This document shows positions 11,279 through 22,305 of a DNA stretch of 64,000 bases, piece after piece; within the stretch, counting starts at the first letter, position 1, and every line of letters starts with the position of its first letter. The notes beneath the pieces are model-generated. The model searched no databases. It saw nothing but the letters and a program-made list of their open reading frames with translations, and was not told where the DNA came from. The stretch covers positions 369,884 to 433,883 of the forward strand of contig CACDKN010000001.1 of NCBI GenBank assembly GCA_902553315.1, written 5' to 3'. The stretch comes from an uncultured SAR86 cluster bacterium. GTDB taxonomy: Bacteria > Pseudomonadota > Gammaproteobacteria > Magnimaribacterales > AG-339-G14. Position numbers and translations under genes: made by a program.

Positions 11279-13018
11279 ATGAGTAAAAACTTAATTAACG
11301 GAGGAGGAGCCCTGATAAGAGCTCTTGCTGATGAAAATATTGATCTAATTTTTGGTTATCCAGGCGGTGCCGCTTTACACATTTACGACGCAATTTATCA
11401 ACAAAATGAAGTTCAACATATTCTGGTAAGACATGAACAAGCCGCAGTTCATGCTGCAGATGGTTATGCCAGGGCAACAGGAAAACCAGGAGTTGCTTTG
11501 GTTACTTCAGGTCCAGGGGCAACAAATGCAATTACTGGAATAGCAACCGCTTATATGGATTCAATTCCAGTTGTAGTTATATCTGGGCAAGTTGCCAGTC
11601 ACTTGATTGGCTCCGATGCATTTCAAGAAACCGACATGATGGGAATTTCGAGACCTATTGTTAAACATAGCTTTCTAGTGCAATCAGCTGAAGAAATACC
11701 AGTTGTTATAAAAAAAGCATTTCATATTGCTACTTCAGGTAGACCTGGGCCAGTAGTAATTGATGTACCTAAAAACATGACGGATCCAAATTACAAGTTT
11801 GATTATAAGTATCCTAAAGATTTAGTCATGAGATCGTTTCCAATTTTAGGAAAGGGAGATGATGAAAAAATTGCTGCTGCGATAGAATTATTTAGATCTT
11901 CAAAAAAACCAGTTATTTACTCCGGCGGCGGGACTATTCAAGCAGATGCCTCAAAAGAACTGACTGAATTTTCAAAATTAATTGGCTGTCCTGTTACCAA
12001 TACGCTGATGGGGCTTGGAGCATTTCCAGGCAATGATGATCAATTTATCGGTATGTTAGGCATGCATGGTACTTATGAGGCAAACATGGTGATGTCTGAA
12101 GCTGACTTAATTTTTAACGTTGGCGCAAGATTCGACGATCGTATAACAAACAATCCAAGTAAATTTGGCTTGGCAGCAAAGAAAATCCATATCGATTCAG
12201 ATCCGTCTTCAATCGATAAAATTATTGGAGTTGATCTAGCAATAGAAGGTGATGCTAAGTTGGTGATGCAACAATTAATAGAGCAAGTTAAAGCTAGTGG
12301 CTTCGATCAAGCCATTTACAAAGATTGGTGGAGTAAAGTTGAAGCTTGGAGAAAGGCGCATGGTTTAAATCACAACATGCTTAATCTCAAAAATCAACAG
12401 GATATAATTCTGCCGCAGCAAGTTATCCAGTCTTTATACCAAACTACCAAAGGTGATGCTTATGTAACCTCTGACGTTGGTCAACATCAGATGTTTGCAG
12501 CCCAATATTATAAATTTAAAGACCCAAGAAAATGGATCAACTCAGGCGGTCTGGGAACTATGGGCTTTGGGCTTCCATCAGCTATGGGAGTTAAATTTGC
12601 ATTTCCTGAAGCTGACGTTGCTTGCGTGACAGGGGAAGGAAGCATTCAAATGTGTATCCAAGAATTATCAACTTGTGGACAATATGGTCTTCCGATCAAG
12701 ATCATTAATTTGAATAACAGAGCTTTAGGAATGGTAAAGCAATGGCAGGATATGCAATATGGTGGAAGATATTCAAGTATCTCATACGAAGATTCTCTTC
12801 CAGATTTTGTGAAGCTTGCAGAATCCTTTGGACATGTTGGAATCAAAGTAGACAAGTTGTCAGAACTTAATGATGCTATGAAAGAAAGTTTTGCGATGAA
12901 AGATAAATTAGTATTTTTAGATGTTTTGGTAGATCCTGATGAGCATGTATATCCTATGCTTGAGGCCGGAGGGTCAATGTCTGAAATGCGTTTAAGTAAA
13001 AATAAAAAAACTTTTTAA
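11279..13018 (+). CDS. ilvI: acetolactate synthase large subunit
   Basis: FGYPGGA, RHEQAA, TSGPGATN, DVGQHQM and GGLGTMGFG motifs. Confidence 0.93.
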   Translation: MSKNLINGGGALIRALADENIDLIFGYPGGAALHIYDAIYQQNEVQHILVRHEQAAVHAADGYARATGKPGVALVTSGPGATNAITGIATAYMDSIPVVVISGQVASHLIGSDAFQETDMMGISRPIVKHSFLVQSAEEIPVVIKKAFHIATSGRPGPVVIDVPKNMTDPNYKFDYKYPKDLVMRSFPILGKGDDEKIAAAIELFRSSKKPVIYSGGGTIQADASKELTEFSKLIGCPVTNTLMGLGAFPGNDDQFIGMLGMHGTYEANMVMSEADLIFNVGARFDDRITNNPSKFGLAAKKIHIDSDPSSIDKIIGVDLAIEGDAKLVMQQLIEQVKASGFDQAIYKDWWSKVEAWRKAHGLNHNMLNLKNQQDIILPQQVIQSLYQTTKGDAYVTSDVGQHQMFAAQYYKFKDPRKWINSGGLGTMGFGLPSAMGVKFAFPEADVACVTGEGSIQMCIQELSTCGQYGLPIKIINLNNRALGMVKQWQDMQYGGRYSSISYEDSLPDFVKLAESFGHVGIKVDKLSELNDAMKESFAMKDKLVFLDVLVDPDEHVYPMLEAGGSMSEMRLSKNKKTF

Positions 13019-13019
13019 G

Positions 13020-14577
<1,558 letters not shown>

Positions 14578-14586
14578 TTTTTTTTT

Positions 14587-15465
14587 ATGATTTTTCTTGA
14601 CGGCAGTCTTGGTCATGAGCTTTTAGAACGATCCAAAAAGAAATTTAAAGGCACTTGGTCAGCGCAATTTCTTTTAAAAGAAAGTCATTTAATTTCTGAA
14701 GTTTATGATGAGTACATTGATGCTGGTTCTCAAGTTATCACAACTAATACTTATTCAACTATTCCAAGCTATCTTTCCAAAGATGGACTCGAAGATGAAA
14801 TGGTCAATCTCATTAGGAAAGCTGGAGAAATTGCAAAAAATACTGCACTAAAATATGAAGGAAAAATTAAAGTAGCCGGTTCTATTCCTCCATTAGATGA
14901 AAGTTATCGACCCGATTTAGTTCATGATCTTGAGCAATCACTTGAGGTGTATGAAGTTTTAATTAAAGAATTAGATCCTTATGTGGATTTTTATTTGTGC
15001 GAAACAATTTCCTCAATTCAAGAAACGAAAAATGTTCTGGAGTCCTTAAAGCGATTTAACTCTGGTAAACCAGTTTGGCTGTCGTGGTCATTAGAAGATT
15101 TTAACTCTAATAAGCTCAGAAGCGGCGAGGGAATAGAAGCTGCCTTTTTAGAAGCGGAGCAATACAATCCTGATGCATATTTATTTAATTGCACCGATCC
15201 GGATTCAATTTCAAAAGGATTGAATGAACTTCAAAAACTTACAGACAAAAAGATAGGAGCTTATCCAAATGTTTTTTCTGTGCCTTTAGGATGGACTCTA
15301 GATAATGAAATTAAAAATCAAGTAAGAGATTTGAGTAAAGATGCTTTCGTTGAATACTGCATGGAGTGGAAGAAAATTGGGGCCTCAATTTTTGGCGGCT
15401 GCTGTGGTATTGGTCCAGACTTCATCAAGCCGATGACAGAAAAAATAAGAAATATTTCTAATTAA
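14587..15465 (+). CDS. homocysteine S-methyltransferase family protein
   Basis: LDGSLG, AGSQVITTNTY, ET, NC and GGCCG (Zn-binding) motifs. Confidence 0.88.
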   Translation: MIFLDGSLGHELLERSKKKFKGTWSAQFLLKESHLISEVYDEYIDAGSQVITTNTYSTIPSYLSKDGLEDEMVNLIRKAGEIAKNTALKYEGKIKVAGSIPPLDESYRPDLVHDLEQSLEVYEVLIKELDPYVDFYLCETISSIQETKNVLESLKRFNSGKPVWLSWSLEDFNSNKLRSGEGIEAAFLEAEQYNPDAYLFNCTDPDSISKGLNELQKLTDKKIGAYPNVFSVPLGWTLDNEIKNQVRDLSKDAFVEYCMEWKKIGASIFGGCCGIGPDFIKPMTEKIRNISN

Positions 15466-15515
15466 TTTCTTACCAAATTAAATTATTTCTTGTAGTATGA
15501 TCGTCCCATTCAATT

Positions 15516-15592
<77 letters not shown>

Positions 15593-15653
15593 ATTTTTCC
15601 TTAAAAAATAAGTATTTCAAGACATTTTCGTCAATCACTAATCTCAAGAAAAA

Positions 15654-15690
15654 TATACACAGTTATGCACAGTAGAATTTACTGTGTATA
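15654..15690. repeat. putative integrase arm-site triplet (left end of cassette 1)
   Basis: TATACACAGT (15654) + TATGCACAGT (15664) + 7 bp + inverted ACTGTGTATA (15681). Confidence 0.8.
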
Positions 15691-15699
15691 AAATAAGGT

Positions 15700-17325
15700 A
15701 TGACTGATAAAGAAAACGAAAATAATAAAAATAAGAAAGTAGAAAATAAGGATTCATCTAGAGAAAAAGATAAAGAAATAAATCTAGATGATTTCAAAGA
15801 AAAACTTTGGAAATCAGCAAACAAACTTCGTGACCAAATGGATGCCGCTGAATACAAACATATTGTCCTAGGTCTTATCTTTCTTAAATACATCTCAGAC
15901 TCATTTAAAGAACAAAAAGAAAAAATTAAAGAAATGGTTACTGACCCTGACTCCGATTTTTTTATCAGTGACAACTTATCTGATATCAACAAAGAAATTC
16001 TAGAAGATAGAGATAACTTCATTCAAGACAACGTCTTTTGGGTTCCAGAGTCTGCAAGATGGGAAACAGTCAGAGATCAAGCAAAGCAACCTGATATTGG
16101 TGCAATTATCGATCGTGCTATGGGAGATATAGAATCAGAAAATAAGTCACTTAAAGGAAAACTTGATAAACGCTTTGGAAGAACACAACTTGCTGAAGGA
16201 AGGTTAGGCGCACTGATAGACCTTATTTCTACTATTGGTTTTTCAAGTAATCAGAAAGCAGTTGATGTTTTGGGAGAAGTATATGAATTTTTTCTTGGTA
16301 AGTTTGCTTCAGCAGAAGGGAAAAGAGGTGGGCAATATTACACCACCCAAAGCATAGTAAAAACCTTAGTAGCAGTCCTATCACCTACAAATGGAAGAGT
16401 TTATGATCCTTGTTGTGGTTCAGGTGGAATGTTTGTTCAAAGTGAAAGATTTATTGAGGCACATGGTGGAAAAAGAGATGATATTTCAATTTATGGTCAA
16501 GAAAGCAATCCTACTACATGGAGACTGGCATCAATGAATATGGCACTTAGAGGATATTCTGCTGATTTGGGTAAAGAGAATGGAAGCACATTTGCAAAAG
16601 ATCAGCATCCCGATATTAAGTTTGATTACATATTGGCAAACCCTCCCTTCAATGATTCTGATTGGGAAGGTGAAAAATATAGAGAAGATGTTAGGTGGAC
16701 ATATGGAACTCCACCAATTGGAAATGCTAACTACGCTTGGTTCCAGCACATTCTCTGGAAATTAAAATCTAATGGACAGGCAGGAGTAGTAATGGCAAAT
16801 GGCACTTCATCTGCTAATGATTCCGGAGAGGGAGATATTAGGAAAGCAATGATACTTGACGATACTATTGAGGTGATGGTGGCACTTCCATCTAATCTTT
16901 TTGCAAATGTAACCGTGCCTGCAACATTATGGTTTTTATCAAAAGACAAGACTACGAATGGTCGAGATAGAAAAAAAGAAACTCTTTTCATAGATGCAAG
17001 AAAACTTGGAACCATGGAAACAAGAGTTCTTAAAGTTCTATCTGATGAAGATATTAAAAAAATTCAGGACACAGTTTCTTCTTGGAGAACTGGAGACGGA
17101 TATGAGGATGTTGAAGGTTATTGTAAAAGTTCAACCATTGAAGAGATTGAGAAAAATGGTTTTATTTTAACTCCTGGAAGATATGTTGGTATTGCAGATG
17201 AAGAAGATGATGGAGTTCCTTTTGAAGAAAAATTTACAAAATTTAGTAATAAATACAAACAACTCAAAATTGAATCACAGAAAATTGATGATGAAATAGA
17301 TAAAATTTTGAAAACAATTTTATGA
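15700..17325 (+). CDS. hsdM: Type I R-M methyltransferase subunit
   Basis: LWKSANKLR, GQYYT, YDPCCGSGGMF and ANPPFN (amino-methyltransferase motif IV). Confidence 0.96.
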   Translation: MTDKENENNKNKKVENKDSSREKDKEINLDDFKEKLWKSANKLRDQMDAAEYKHIVLGLIFLKYISDSFKEQKEKIKEMVTDPDSDFFISDNLSDINKEILEDRDNFIQDNVFWVPESARWETVRDQAKQPDIGAIIDRAMGDIESENKSLKGKLDKRFGRTQLAEGRLGALIDLISTIGFSSNQKAVDVLGEVYEFFLGKFASAEGKRGGQYYTTQSIVKTLVAVLSPTNGRVYDPCCGSGGMFVQSERFIEAHGGKRDDISIYGQESNPTTWRLASMNMALRGYSADLGKENGSTFAKDQHPDIKFDYILANPPFNDSDWEGEKYREDVRWTYGTPPIGNANYAWFQHILWKLKSNGQAGVVMANGTSSANDSGEGDIRKAMILDDTIEVMVALPSNLFANVTVPATLWFLSKDKTTNGRDRKKETLFIDARKLGTMETRVLKVLSDEDIKKIQDTVSSWRTGDGYEDVEGYCKSSTIEEIEKNGFILTPGRYVGIADEEDDGVPFEEKFTKFSNKYKQLKIESQKIDDEIDKILKTIL

Positions 17326-18668
17326 ATAGAAAAAACTGGAAACATCTATCTATAAATGAATGTGCTGATGTTATTGGTGGAGGCACTCCTTCAACTAAGA
17401 ACTCAGATTACTGGGATGGAAATATTTCATGGATATCACCAAAAGATTTATCAAATCACCAAGACAAATATATAACAAAGGGTGAAAGGTCTATTACCGA
17501 ACTTGGTTTGGAAAAAAGTTCTGCAAAGTTATTGCCTGCAAATTCATTGCTTTTTTCTTCAAGAGCACCAATTGGTTACTTAGCAATTAATACTAAACCA
17601 GTGGCAACTAACCAAGGTTTTAAAAGTTTGATTCTAAAAGAAGAGTTTGATGTAGAGTTTTTTTATTATCTTTTTAAAGACAAGACAGAATACATAAAGA
17701 ACCTTGCTTCTGGATCAACGTTTCAAGAAGTTTCAGGATCGGTTGTGAAAAATCTTTCATTTTTAATACCTCCAAAGCAAGAGCAAAAAAGAATATCAAA
17801 TATTCTTTCTAAACTAGATAAAAAAATAGAACTCAATCTAAAAATGAATGAATCTCTTGAAGAGATTGCAAAGACACTATTCAAATCTTGGTTTATAGAC
17901 TTTGATCCAGTAAGAGCAAAAGCAGAAGGAAGACCCACAGGATTGTCAAAAGAAATAAGTGATTTATTTCCTGATTCTTTTGAAGATTCTGAGTTGGATG
18001 AGATTCCAAGAGGATGGACGGTAACACATCTTGATGACATTGCTGATTTTCAAAACGGTTATGCATTTTCAAGTAAGGAATATGAGTTTCCAACACAGGA
18101 CTCCAAAGAAGTTTTTAGAATGGGTTATATCAAGATAGGTGGTGGTTTTAAAGAGGATAATACCCCCGTTTTTGTTCCAATATCATCTAAAGGAAATCAA
18201 CAAAAATACGTGCTCTACAAAGATGATTTGACAATTTCAATGACTGATGTGAAAAACAATATGCAGATTCTTGGTTGCTGTGCCCTTATAGAAGAAGATG
18301 AGAGATTTCTACTTAATCAAAGAGTCGGAAGGATAAGGGTCAAAGAATGCGTTCATATTTGTCCATATTATTTATATATTTATATGAATGACCCCAAGAA
18401 TATTGATTTACTTCGTTCTAGGTCAAACTCAGGTGTTCAAGTAAATCTTTCAACCTCAACAATAAAAGAAACAAACATCATTCTTCCAACAAAAAAGTTA
18501 TCCCAATACTTTTCTGACATAGTTAGACCCATTTATTCAAAAATATTTCATAACAATGTGGAATCAAAGAACCTTGAAGAAATTAGAGATATTTTTTTAC
18601 CAAAATTAATTTCTGGTGAACTTCAGATTCCAGATGCAGAGAATCTGATTGAGGAGGCAGGCATCTAA
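17322..18668 (+). CDS. hsdS: Type I R-M specificity subunit
   Basis: Two TRDs separated by the conserved block PPKQEQKRI...LFKSWFIDFDPV...EIPRGW; C-terminal RDIFLPKLISGEL. Confidence 0.95.
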   Translation: MNRKNWKHLSINECADVIGGGTPSTKNSDYWDGNISWISPKDLSNHQDKYITKGERSITELGLEKSSAKLLPANSLLFSSRAPIGYLAINTKPVATNQGFKSLILKEEFDVEFFYYLFKDKTEYIKNLASGSTFQEVSGSVVKNLSFLIPPKQEQKRISNILSKLDKKIELNLKMNESLEEIAKTLFKSWFIDFDPVRAKAEGRPTGLSKEISDLFPDSFEDSELDEIPRGWTVTHLDDIADFQNGYAFSSKEYEFPTQDSKEVFRMGYIKIGGGFKEDNTPVFVPISSKGNQQKYVLYKDDLTISMTDVKNNMQILGCCALIEEDERFLLNQRVGRIRVKECVHICPYYLYIYMNDPKNIDLLRSRSNSGVQVNLSTSTIKETNIILPTKKLSQYFSDIVRPIYSKIFHNNVESKNLEEIRDIFLPKLISGELQIPDAENLIEEAGI

Positions 18669-21600
18669 TGTCTCTAATTACTGAAGAACAGGTAGAACTG
18701 CAAAGTATTGAATGGTTTAAGGAACTTGGTTACCGGTATAGAGATGCTTATGAAATTGCACCTGAGGGCATAAACCCAGAAAGAGATGATTTTAGACAAG
18801 TTATTCTTGAAGAAAGACTCAAGACTGCACTTATTAAAATAAATCCTGATATACCCAATACAACTATTCAAAATTCAATACTAAAAATAATAAATCCCAA
18901 TATTCCTGGACTACTTAACTGTAATCGTGAAATGCATAAGTGGATTACGAAAGGATTAAAAGTAACTTTTATGCAAGACAATCAAGAGGTCGGAAGACAA
19001 CTCAAGTTAATCGATTTTGAAAACATCAATAACAATGACTGGTTAGTTGTAAATCAATTTCAAATACAAGGCGATCGGAGATTGAGAAGACCCGATGTCT
19101 TGGTTTTTGTGAATGGTTTACCTTTAGGAGTTATCGAATTAAAGAATCCTGCAGATGAGAATGCTGATGTTTGGTCTGCCTATAACCAATTACAAACCTA
19201 CAAAGAAAATATACCTGATTTATTTAATACCAATGGAGTATTAGTAATTTCTGATGGCATTCAAGCGAGAATGGGTTCTCTAACAGCACCACAAGAAAGA
19301 TTCATGAGGTGGAGAACTATTGATGGTGAGACCACTGATCCTTTGGGTGCATATCAAGATTTAGAAACTTTAATAAGAGGACTCTTTGATAAAGAAACTT
19401 TCCTAAACTTTATAAGATACTTTTGTATTTTTGAGGACGATAAAACCATTATTAAAAAGGTTGCTGGATATCATCAGTTTTATGCGGTGCAAAAAGCACT
19501 TGAGAAAGTGGTTGAAGCATCACAAGTTGACGGCAGTAAGAAAGGTGGTGTTGTTTGGCATACTCAAGGAGCAGGTAAAAGTTTAGAAATGACCTGTCTC
19601 GCGGGACGAATCATCTCGGAACCCAGATTGGGAAATCCAACCATTGTGATGGTGACAGATAGACAAGACTTAGATGGACAACTGTTTGGAGTATTTAATG
19701 ATGCGGGAGAATTACTCGGAGAGGCACCAAAACAAGCAGAGACCATCAGAGAACTCAAAGACCTTCTTGCAGATCGACCATCTGGTGGAATTATTTTTAC
19801 CACTATTCAAAAATTTAAACCGGAGAAGGGAGAAGATAAGTTTCCAGTTTTAACTGATCGACACAACGTTATTGTCATGTGCGATGAAGCACACAGAACT
19901 CAATATGGATTTAAGGGAGTAGTCGATCAGAAAACAGGACAGATTAAATATGGTCTTGCACGCGCCTTGAGAGACGGGTTGCCCAATGCAACCTTCCTTG
20001 CTTTTACAGGAACACCAATATCTCAAGACGATCGAGATACTCAAGCAGTCTTTGGAGAATACGTTGATATTTATGATATCCAACAAGCAGTAGAAGATGG
20101 AGCAACGGTTCCCATTTATTACGAATCCAGATTGGCAAAAGTAGAGATTGATGAATCCAAATTACCAACACTTGACGATGAAGTTGAAGAAATTTTCGAA
20201 GATGGCATTGAAAATGAAGAAGAACAGGAAAAAGCAAAGTCGAAATGGTCACAAATCGAAGCATTGGTTGGCGCGCAATCCAGATTAAAAGAAATTGCAG
20301 AAGATTTAATTAGACATTTTGAAACTCGACAAAAAACTCAACCCGGCAAAGCGATGATTGTTGGTATGAGTAGAGACATCTGTGCAAGACTTTACGATGA
20401 AATTATCCGGGTAAGACCTCAATGGGATAGTCCAGATCATAATTCAGGAGTCGTCAAAGTTGTCATGACTGCATCTGCTCAAGATGAACAACATTTGCAA
20501 AAGCACCATACATCAAAACAACAAAAGAAAGATCTTGAAAAAAGATTTAAAAACCCATCCGATGAACTGCAAATCGTAATTGTCAGAGATATGTGGTTAA
20601 CCGGTTTCGATGCTCCCTGCTTGAGTACAATGTATATCGATAAACCCATGCAAGGAGCAAACCTGGCGCAAGCAATTGCAAGAGTCAACAGAGTCTTCGC
20701 AGATAAACCAGGTGGATTGGTTGTTGATTACATTGGTATCGCACCGCAACTAAAAGAAGCATTAGCAACTTATGGTGCTGGTGGAGGAAGGGGTAAACCC
20801 ACCATAGATACGGATGAAGCACTAAAAATTCTCCAAGAAAAAATTGCAGTGGCAAGAGATCTACTCCACCCCGTAGATTTTTCAGAATATAAAAGTAAAG
20901 CACTGCAACTCCTTCCAGAGTGCATAGATCACATTTTAGAATTGGAAGATGGCAGAAAAAGATACTGCGATATTGTTTTACAAATGACCAAAGCATTTGC
21001 TCTATGCGGTGCTATGGACGATGCGTTGGTTTTTGCCGATGAAGTAGCATTTCATCAAGCGGTCAGAGGACCTTTGATAAAGACCGCAAGAAAAGGAGGA
21101 ATGGGAGAATTTAAAGATACAGATTTCGAATTAAAACAATTGGTTTCAGAATCATTAGTTTCTGGAGGTGTGTCAGACATTTTTAGTATTGCAGGAATAA
21201 AAACTCCAGATATCTCAATTCTTTCAGAAGAATTTTTAAAAGAAGTGCAAAAAATGAAATTTAAAAATATTGCAGTTGAATTGTTAGAAAAACTTATCAA
21301 CGATGAAGTGAAGTCAAAGTTTAGAACCAATGTAGTGAAACAAAAAAAATTTAGTGATTTATTAAAAAACGCACTAACAAAATATCAAAATAGATCTATC
21401 GAAGCAGCACAAGTAATAGCGGAGTTGATTGAAATGGCAAGGGAGTTCAAGAACGATTTAGAGAAGTCAAAAGAACTTAATCTTAATCCTGCTGAAACCG
21501 CATTTTATGACGCTTTATCAAATAATGAATCTGCAGAGGAATTAATGGGAGAAGAAGTTCTTATTCAAATTTCCAAAGAAATCGCAGAAAAATTAAGAAA

Positions 21601-21766
21601 AAATGTGACTGTCGACTGGTCCGTAAGAGAATCAGTAAGAGCAAAGTTAAGACTCTTAGTTAAAAATCTCTTAAGAAAATACAAGTATCCTCCTGACCAA
21701 CAAGAAAGTGCAACTCAGTTGGTGTTAAAACAAGCAGAAGTGATTTCAGGTGAATTTGCTCAATGA
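18668..21766 (+). CDS. hsdR: Type I R-M restriction subunit
   Basis: RPDVLVFVNGLPLGVIELK nuclease motif; HTQGAGKS, DEAHR, FTGTP, MWLTGFD and QAIARVNR helicase motifs. Confidence 0.96.
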   Translation: MSLITEEQVELQSIEWFKELGYRYRDAYEIAPEGINPERDDFRQVILEERLKTALIKINPDIPNTTIQNSILKIINPNIPGLLNCNREMHKWITKGLKVTFMQDNQEVGRQLKLIDFENINNNDWLVVNQFQIQGDRRLRRPDVLVFVNGLPLGVIELKNPADENADVWSAYNQLQTYKENIPDLFNTNGVLVISDGIQARMGSLTAPQERFMRWRTIDGETTDPLGAYQDLETLIRGLFDKETFLNFIRYFCIFEDDKTIIKKVAGYHQFYAVQKALEKVVEASQVDGSKKGGVVWHTQGAGKSLEMTCLAGRIISEPRLGNPTIVMVTDRQDLDGQLFGVFNDAGELLGEAPKQAETIRELKDLLADRPSGGIIFTTIQKFKPEKGEDKFPVLTDRHNVIVMCDEAHRTQYGFKGVVDQKTGQIKYGLARALRDGLPNATFLAFTGTPISQDDRDTQAVFGEYVDIYDIQQAVEDGATVPIYYESRLAKVEIDESKLPTLDDEVEEIFEDGIENEEEQEKAKSKWSQIEALVGAQSRLKEIAEDLIRHFETRQKTQPGKAMIVGMSRDICARLYDEIIRVRPQWDSPDHNSGVVKVVMTASAQDEQHLQKHHTSKQQKKDLEKRFKNPSDELQIVIVRDMWLTGFDAPCLSTMYIDKPMQGANLAQAIARVNRVFADKPGGLVVDYIGIAPQLKEALATYGAGGGRGKPTIDTDEALKILQEKIAVARDLLHPVDFSEYKSKALQLLPECIDHILELEDGRKRYCDIVLQMTKAFALCGAMDDALVFADEVAFHQAVRGPLIKTARKGGMGEFKDTDFELKQLVSESLVSGGVSDIFSIAGIKTPDISILSEEFLKEVQKMKFKNIAVELLEKLINDEVKSKFRTNVVKQKKFSDLLKNALTKYQNRSIEAAQVIAELIEMAREFKNDLEKSKELNLNPAETAFYDALSNNESAEELMGEEVLIQISKEIAEKLRKNVTVDWSVRESVRAKLRLLVKNLLRKYKYPPDQQESATQLVLKQAEVISGEFAQ

Positions 21767-21960
21767 GAGAATTAGTTATTTTTAATAATGTACCTTCTAC
21801 AGAGAATCCAGAAGAATATTCAGAAGGATTATTCGTTTGGATAGAAAATGATCAAATGATGACTACTCTTGAGTACCATTGCGCAAAAGGAGGAGATCCC
21901 GAGGTTTATAAAAAATGGGAAGAATCAAATAAGGCATTTATTACTAAAAAAGAACTTTAA
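21763..21960 (+). CDS. hypothetical protein (65 aa), coupled to hsdR
   Basis: ATGA overlap with the hsdR stop; ends 7 bp before the arm-site block. Confidence 0.55.
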   Translation: MRELVIFNNVPSTENPEEYSEGLFVWIENDQMMTTLEYHCAKGGDPEVYKKWEESNKAFITKKEL

Positions 21961-21967
21961 AACCCTT

Positions 21968-22034
21968 ACTGTGCATATTTTCTCTAATTTTGTCTTAAAG
22001 TTTTATGAAAAATATACACAGTAATATACACAGT
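21968..22034. repeat. putative integrase arm-site triplet (right end of cassette 1)
   Basis: Inverted ACTGTGCATA (21968); direct TATACACAGT at 22013 and 22025. Confidence 0.8.
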
Positions 22035-22082
22035 AAATCCTGAAACCTTTATTTAAAGGACTTTTTTTTCAGCACCTCACGA

Positions 22083-22128
22083 CTGATAAGGGTGAGGTCG
22101 CAGATTCGAGTTCTGCCAGACCCACCAA
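22083..22128 (+). repeat. displaced tRNA-Ile 3' half (attR of cassette 1)
   Basis: 46/46 identical to 15548-15593; starts exactly at the anticodon loop CTGATAA. Confidence 0.95.
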
Positions 22129-22163
22129 AAACCCTTTTAAATCAACACTTAGAGGGTTTTTTT
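22127..22163 (+). terminator. terminator-like hairpin after the tRNA fragment
   Basis: AAAAACCCT...AGGGTTTTT inverted repeat ending in a T run; loop contains an IHF-like AATCAACACTTAG. Confidence 0.45.
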
Positions 22164-22185
22164 AGTTTTAGAGATATTAAAAATA

Positions 22186-22222
22186 TATACACAGTTATGC
22201 ACAGTTGTATTCACTGTGTATA
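22186..22222. repeat. putative integrase arm-site triplet (left end of cassette 2)
   Basis: TATACACAGT (22186) + TATGCACAGT (22196) + 7 bp + ACTGTGTATA (22213). Confidence 0.8.
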
Positions 22223-22305
22223 AAACTGCTCCATATTAATTTCTTTTGTTGAGAAATATTAGTAATCTATGTAATCATAAAATTTTCTTATAAGTAAAAA
22301 GGATC

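Noticed and set aside
15702-15710. GACTGATAA at the hsdM start matching the att core at 22081
   Set aside because: A 9-bp match in AT-rich coding sequence with no flanking dyad; probably chance.
15654-22222. TATRCACAGT / ACTGTGTATA as LexA (SOS) boxes
   Set aside because: They resemble a LexA half-site, but none forms CTG-N10-CAG. They occur as direct tandems or as CAGT-N7-ACTG, which fits arm-type sites better.
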